From: a bacterium
Lineage (GTDB): Bacteria > Patescibacteriota > Patescibacteriia > JACQRZ01
Assembly: GCA_030688365.1 (NCBI GenBank)
Contig: JAUYIE010000005.1
Span: 5,764-69,763 of the forward strand
Direction of reading: 5' to 3'
Length of the DNA stretch: 64,000 nt
Shown here piece by piece: positions 60,689 to 64,000 of the stretch. Position 1 is the stretch's first letter; each line of letters starts with the position of its first letter. The position numbers and the translations under genes were made by a program. Below the pieces are notes generated by a model. That model did not search any database, was not told where the DNA came from, and saw only the letters and a program-made list of their open reading frames with translations.

Positions 60689-61741
60689 TTACATCGTCAT
60701 CTTTTTTATAACCTCTTCCAACCTGCGCGCATTGCAATGTCCCAACATCCCTAAATATGACTGCCTTGTACTCTCTAATCTTTCTTTGGTGATACGTCCA
60801 AGCTGAAATTCATGGATTCTTTCAATAAGCTTGTTCATCATACGCTTGCGGGTAAGTGGCCGTACGATGGTATGATCAGGAAGTGATATATATCCTAAGA
60901 AATCAATTCCTTGCGACCATTTCCGGATGCTGACTTTTTTAGGATGTAGTTCGAGACACAATCGTTGTGATAAAAATTCCTGCAACCTCATAATCAACTC
61001 CCCAAGCCACACTTTATCGTGACTGATTATCACAAAATCATCGCAATATCTGATATAATAGGTTGCCTTTAATACATGCTTCACAAACTGATCCAACTCA
61101 TTGAGATATATATTCGCAAATAGCTGACTCGTTACATTTCCGAGAGGAATCCCTTTCCCTTTTGACACTTCAAAGCCGACAATAATTTGCTCCAATAGCT
61201 TCATCACCCGATCAGTACCCAACCTATCCCATAATAACTCCAACAGCACATTATGATCGACTGAATCAAAAAATCTCCGCACATCGCATTTGAGCACATA
61301 CACCGGCCGTGTTATATTGTTACTTTCCTTCCTCAGGAAAACACGTAATCTCTCTATTGCGCGATGCGTCCCCTTTCCTAGACGGCATGAATAGGAATCG
61401 AAAATAAACGAGCGATCAAATAGTTGGTATAATATTCGGAAGATAGCATGATGAACTAATCGATCTCTCACCTGCGCTTTGTGGATATGTCGTATTTTTG
61501 GGTCAGTGATGTAAAATGGGGTATAGGCTCCATGGCGATATCGCCCAATGAGGAGTTCTCTATGTAGTGGAAATAGATGATCCTCAAGATGCAACGCAAA
61601 TTCATGAATATCTCCCTTACCCCATTTGCCACGCGAAAATTCTTGCCACGAAATCACGAGATTTTCAAGACTAATTATTACATCAAAAAAACTTGTATGG
61701 TAACCCCCCCCCACGACTTCGGATCGGTTCCTGTTGTCCAT
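60689..61741 (-). CDS. Reverse transcriptase, DGR type
   Basis: RDRLVHHA, KGTH, LKCDVRRFF, GIPLGNVTSQLFAN (DGR SQ motif), YCDD, DFLGY; 350 aa with no maturase or endonuclease domain. Confidence 0.92.
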   Translation of the reverse strand: MDNRNRSEVVGGGYHTSFFDVIISLENLVISWQEFSRGKWGKGDIHEFALHLEDHLFPLHRELLIGRYRHGAYTPFYITDPKIRHIHKAQVRDRLVHHAIFRILYQLFDRSFIFDSYSCRLGKGTHRAIERLRVFLRKESNNITRPVYVLKCDVRRFFDSVDHNVLLELLWDRLGTDRVMKLLEQIIVGFEVSKGKGIPLGNVTSQLFANIYLNELDQFVKHVLKATYYIRYCDDFVIISHDKVWLGELIMRLQEFLSQRLCLELHPKKVSIRKWSQGIDFLGYISLPDHTIVRPLTRKRMMNKLIERIHEFQLGRITKERLESTRQSYLGMLGHCNARRLEEVIKKMTM

Positions 61742-62056
61742 AAAGCATCAGAGTGGTACAAGACCATTTATAAATTCTCCGCAAAAATCTCCAAGAAAAA
61801 TCGCTTTGGTATCTACTTGCGAATAGAACAGCACTCGCTCGAGCTCATTGACCTGCTTCTTGTCGCTACTCTTGAAAGTAAGGAAAGTAAATCTCTCCCT
61901 CTTCGTCGCGCCCGTCTCAAGATAGAATCCCTCAAACACCTCTTGCGGATATGTTATGAGCTGGGGATCATCGACATCAAATACTATATAAATTTTGAAT
62001 ATCGTCTCCAGGAAATCTCAAAAATGACCAATCGTTGGCTACAGTCTTTGAAATAG
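61697..62056 (+). CDS. avd: Avd-like four-helix-bundle accessory protein
   Basis: Basic 119-aa helical protein: PVVHKA, RFGIYLRI, LKHLLRICYEL, LQEISKMTNRW; adjacent to a DGR RT; start set at ATG 61697. Confidence 0.8.
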   Translation: MVTPPHDFGSVPVVHKASEWYKTIYKFSAKISKKNRFGIYLRIEQHSLELIDLLLVATLESKESKSLPLRRARLKIESLKHLLRICYELGIIDIKYYINFEYRLQEISKMTNRWLQSLK

Positions 62057-62059
62057 CAC

Positions 62060-62085
62060 ACAGAGCCCGCTTGCGCGGACTCTGT
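62060..62085 (-). other. GC-rich hairpin with GCAA tetraloop downstream of the TR/VR-like segment
   Basis: Minus strand ACAGAGTCCGC-GCAA-GCGGGCTCTGT, 11-bp stem with one G-T wobble. Confidence 0.8.
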
Positions 62086-62095
62086 ATTGGGCATT

Positions 62096-62236
62096 TTAGG
62101 AGACTACCTCACGGAGGCGCAAATTGTCATTGTAGTTGTCAGTGTTGTACCAGTTCACCTTGACCTTACCATCGTTGAAGTTGACGTTGGGAACGTTACC
62201 GTCCACATTGCGAGAACCCGCACAAAGTGTGTAATT
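62096..62236 (-). other. DGR template-repeat-like segment forming the 3' end of the target gene
   Basis: 11 AAY codons in the last 47 codons (NYTLCAGSRNVDGNVPNVNFNDGKVKVNWYNTDNYNDNLRLREVVS). Confidence 0.75.
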
Positions 62237-62824
62237 TTTTACATCGAGATGTCTTTTTTTCTCCCAATATTTCAAAAGCCCAAGTAAAAGACGTTCCCTC
62301 ACCGTTACACCCTTAATGCTCTTTTCCTTAGCCTTATCTGCCGAAATGTTGGCATATTTTCTGTTAGGCTCAATTGAGCCTTCTACCCAGACAATCTGCA
62401 TACCTTTAGCAGGATCACGCTCAAGATCCGTCACAACTTCATCTAAAGAACGTCCTCCGTATCCGTAAATGGTAATTTCGATCTTTAATTTGGCATATCC
62501 ATCCAATATTTCCTTGTGGGTCACACCCTCAGGGATTATTACCAACTGCCATCCTTTTCCCCGAGGACATTCAGGGATCATATTTTCATCAATGTCGATG
62601 TCCCTATTAAAAACATCTTTAAAAAACTTTTTTTGTTGAGTGATAACATCAAAAATATTTTCTGGATTCTCTGCTGCTTTTTTTTGAGATTCCTGATTCG
62701 AGGCAATAATTTTTTTGACCTTTTCAAGTTTATCTTGAGGAAGTGTCAAAATGTCACTATAATCAATTCCTATCTGCTCTAATGCAAGAGCAACAGAATC
62801 GGCAACGGCGATGATTTTATTCAT
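62096..62824 (-). CDS. DGR target-family protein with CLec-like C-terminus
   Basis: AGGAG SD; GVTVRERLLL..HLD..TLCAGSR..G.VP.V..V.W..LR.REVVS pattern next to avd and RT. Confidence 0.8.
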   Translation of the reverse strand: MNKIIAVADSVALALEQIGIDYSDILTLPQDKLEKVKKIIASNQESQKKAAENPENIFDVITQQKKFFKDVFNRDIDIDENMIPECPRGKGWQLVIIPEGVTHKEILDGYAKLKIEITIYGYGGRSLDEVVTDLERDPAKGMQIVWVEGSIEPNRKYANISADKAKEKSIKGVTVRERLLLGLLKYWEKKRHLDVKNYTLCAGSRNVDGNVPNVNFNDGKVKVNWYNTDNYNDNLRLREVVS

Positions 62825-62985
62825 TATTTTCTCCTATTTCCGAGCTACGCTCGTTTTAAAATTACAATACGATGAACGGAGTAAAGCATATTTTACCATT
62901 TTTGTCAAGAATGTTAGGGACAATATGCCATAAATATAACAAAAGACTCCCTATTCGGATAACATAATTTATGAGGATCGATCAA

Positions 62986-63336
62986 CTACTGACCATTAGG
63001 TGTAATCATTTTCTTTGACAAACTTATATTCGGCTCTCTCCCATACTCCGGCGTGACCACATTGCCGACGGGAACTTTCTTGACCTCAATTATACCAAGC
63101 GCGACGGTCTGCGCAACAGGTCGATCTTCAATCATAGGAATACCAACCACAGGGATCCCTAGTCCAAACGACAATGTATTTCCAACAACAATCCCACTCC
63201 GCAGTGCAGAAAACGCCCCAGGGCCACTGTTTACCACAATACCCTTAAGCGATTCCAATGTCACCCCATTTTCTTTCAAACCTTGCTGAATGCCTTTGAG
63301 TGGATCCATATGACCGTTGCCTCGTATATTTATCAA
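62986..63336 (-). CDS. tsaB: tRNA t6A biosynthesis protein TsaB (YeaZ), apparently 5'-truncated
   Basis: GIVVNSGPGAFSALRSG..NTL..IPVVG..PEYGREPNI; N-terminal IDT strand not found. Confidence 0.7.
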   Translation of the reverse strand: MINIRGNGHMDPLKGIQQGLKENGVTLESLKGIVVNSGPGAFSALRSGIVVGNTLSFGLGIPVVGIPMIEDRPVAQTVALGIIEVKKVPVGNVVTPEYGREPNISLSKKMITPNGQ

Positions 63337-63651
63337 TATATGATACTGGCACTTCTATATGTTGGTATGCTTCTGAACCAGGTGCAATTATGCGACATTT
63401 TGGGATCTTTATATCCTTTGACAAGGAAACTCTGTCGGCTTTATAGGTAAATAGAGACCTTTCTGCCTTAAAGAACGACACCGATCTAACCAGCTATGAC
63501 CCGGTTTTATATCAATCTTGTATCGTTTTTTACCCAGCGAGAGTGTGGGAGAGACTCGAATTAGTGTATTACTTTTCATTATTTCATCCCCTATTTTCAA
63601 AATGAACTAGATATCTAGATAGTAAGGTTTTACGTCAATGTAGTCAAACCC

Positions 63652-64000
63652 CTATTTCGTCATAACCAAAAATACGATATACGCAACATACAGTCCAACC
63701 ATCATGATCCCCTGCCAACGTTCCACGACATGTCGTTTCCCCAAAAACATTATAATAAACAAAAGTGCACTGGCACCGATAGTCATCAAAATGTCACCAT
63801 TTGAACTATCATCAAATGGCAATGGACGCACAAGAGCGGAAAAACCCAATATCCAAAATATATTAAAAATGTTTGACCCGACGACATTTCCAATCGCAAT
63901 ATCTGTTTGTTTTTTAAATGCCGCGACAGCAGATGTGGCAAGTTCTGGCAAAGACGTACCAATAGCGACAATCGTCAACCCGATCAATGACTGACTAATA
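63652..64000 (-). CDS. Ca2+/Na+ antiporter (YrbG family), 3' part
   Basis: VAIGTSLPELATS, GNVVGSNIFN; truncated by window edge. Confidence 0.9.
   Translation of the reverse strand, partial: ISQSLIGLTIVAIGTSLPELATSAVAAFKKQTDIAIGNVVGSNIFNIFWILGFSALVRPLPFDDSSNGDILMTIGASALLFIIMFLGKRHVVERWQGIMMVGLYVAYIVFLVMTK

Noticed and set aside
61577-61696. Longer N-terminus for avd
   Set aside because: It overlaps conserved RT coding sequence; ATG 61697 gives a typical Avd length
60689-61741. Group II intron or retron RT
   Set aside because: It has the SQ motif, lacks maturase/endonuclease domains and a retron VTG motif, and is flanked by Avd-like and CLec-type genes
62087-62287. 66-aa Val-rich ORF on the + strand
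   Set aside because: Antisense shadow of the AAC-rich segment (AAC reversed is GTT, Val)

Overview
A 64-kb chromosomal segment whose gene content and style suggest a Patescibacteria/CPR (Parcubacteria-like) bacterium using genetic code 11; the taxonomy is an inference. It is mostly housekeeping genes on the minus strand: ftsEX, rplJL, mltG, rseP, frr, holB, mreB, glycosyltransferases, trxB, pepA, engB, dnaX, hrcA-grpE-hsp20-dnaK-dnaJ and mraZ-rsmH-ftsL-ftsI-murF, plus four tRNAs. Two accessory loci stand out. (1) At 60.7-62.8 kb is a diversity-generating-retroelement-like locus (RT, Avd-like protein, CLec-type target) with no separate template repeat visible. The 3' end of the target gene itself has the AAC-rich look of a TR. 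The avd gene lies antisense, overlapping the RT 5' end through a shared G9/C9 tract. (2) At 30.2-34.3 kb is a tRNA-Gln-anchored large serine recombinase whose 3' end occurs three times in alternating orientation. This places inverted repeats around both the recombinase and a dinD cargo cassette and provides two alternative C-termini. A decayed recombinase of the same family sits at tRNA-Glu. Also seen: a lexA/umuD-dinB cassette with a GAAC-N4-GTTC box, a CIRCE element, an L10 leader, MraZ boxes, a candidate two-component operator, an unannotated 46-aa Zn-ribbon ORF, and several self-contained ORFan units. All alignments were done by eye.
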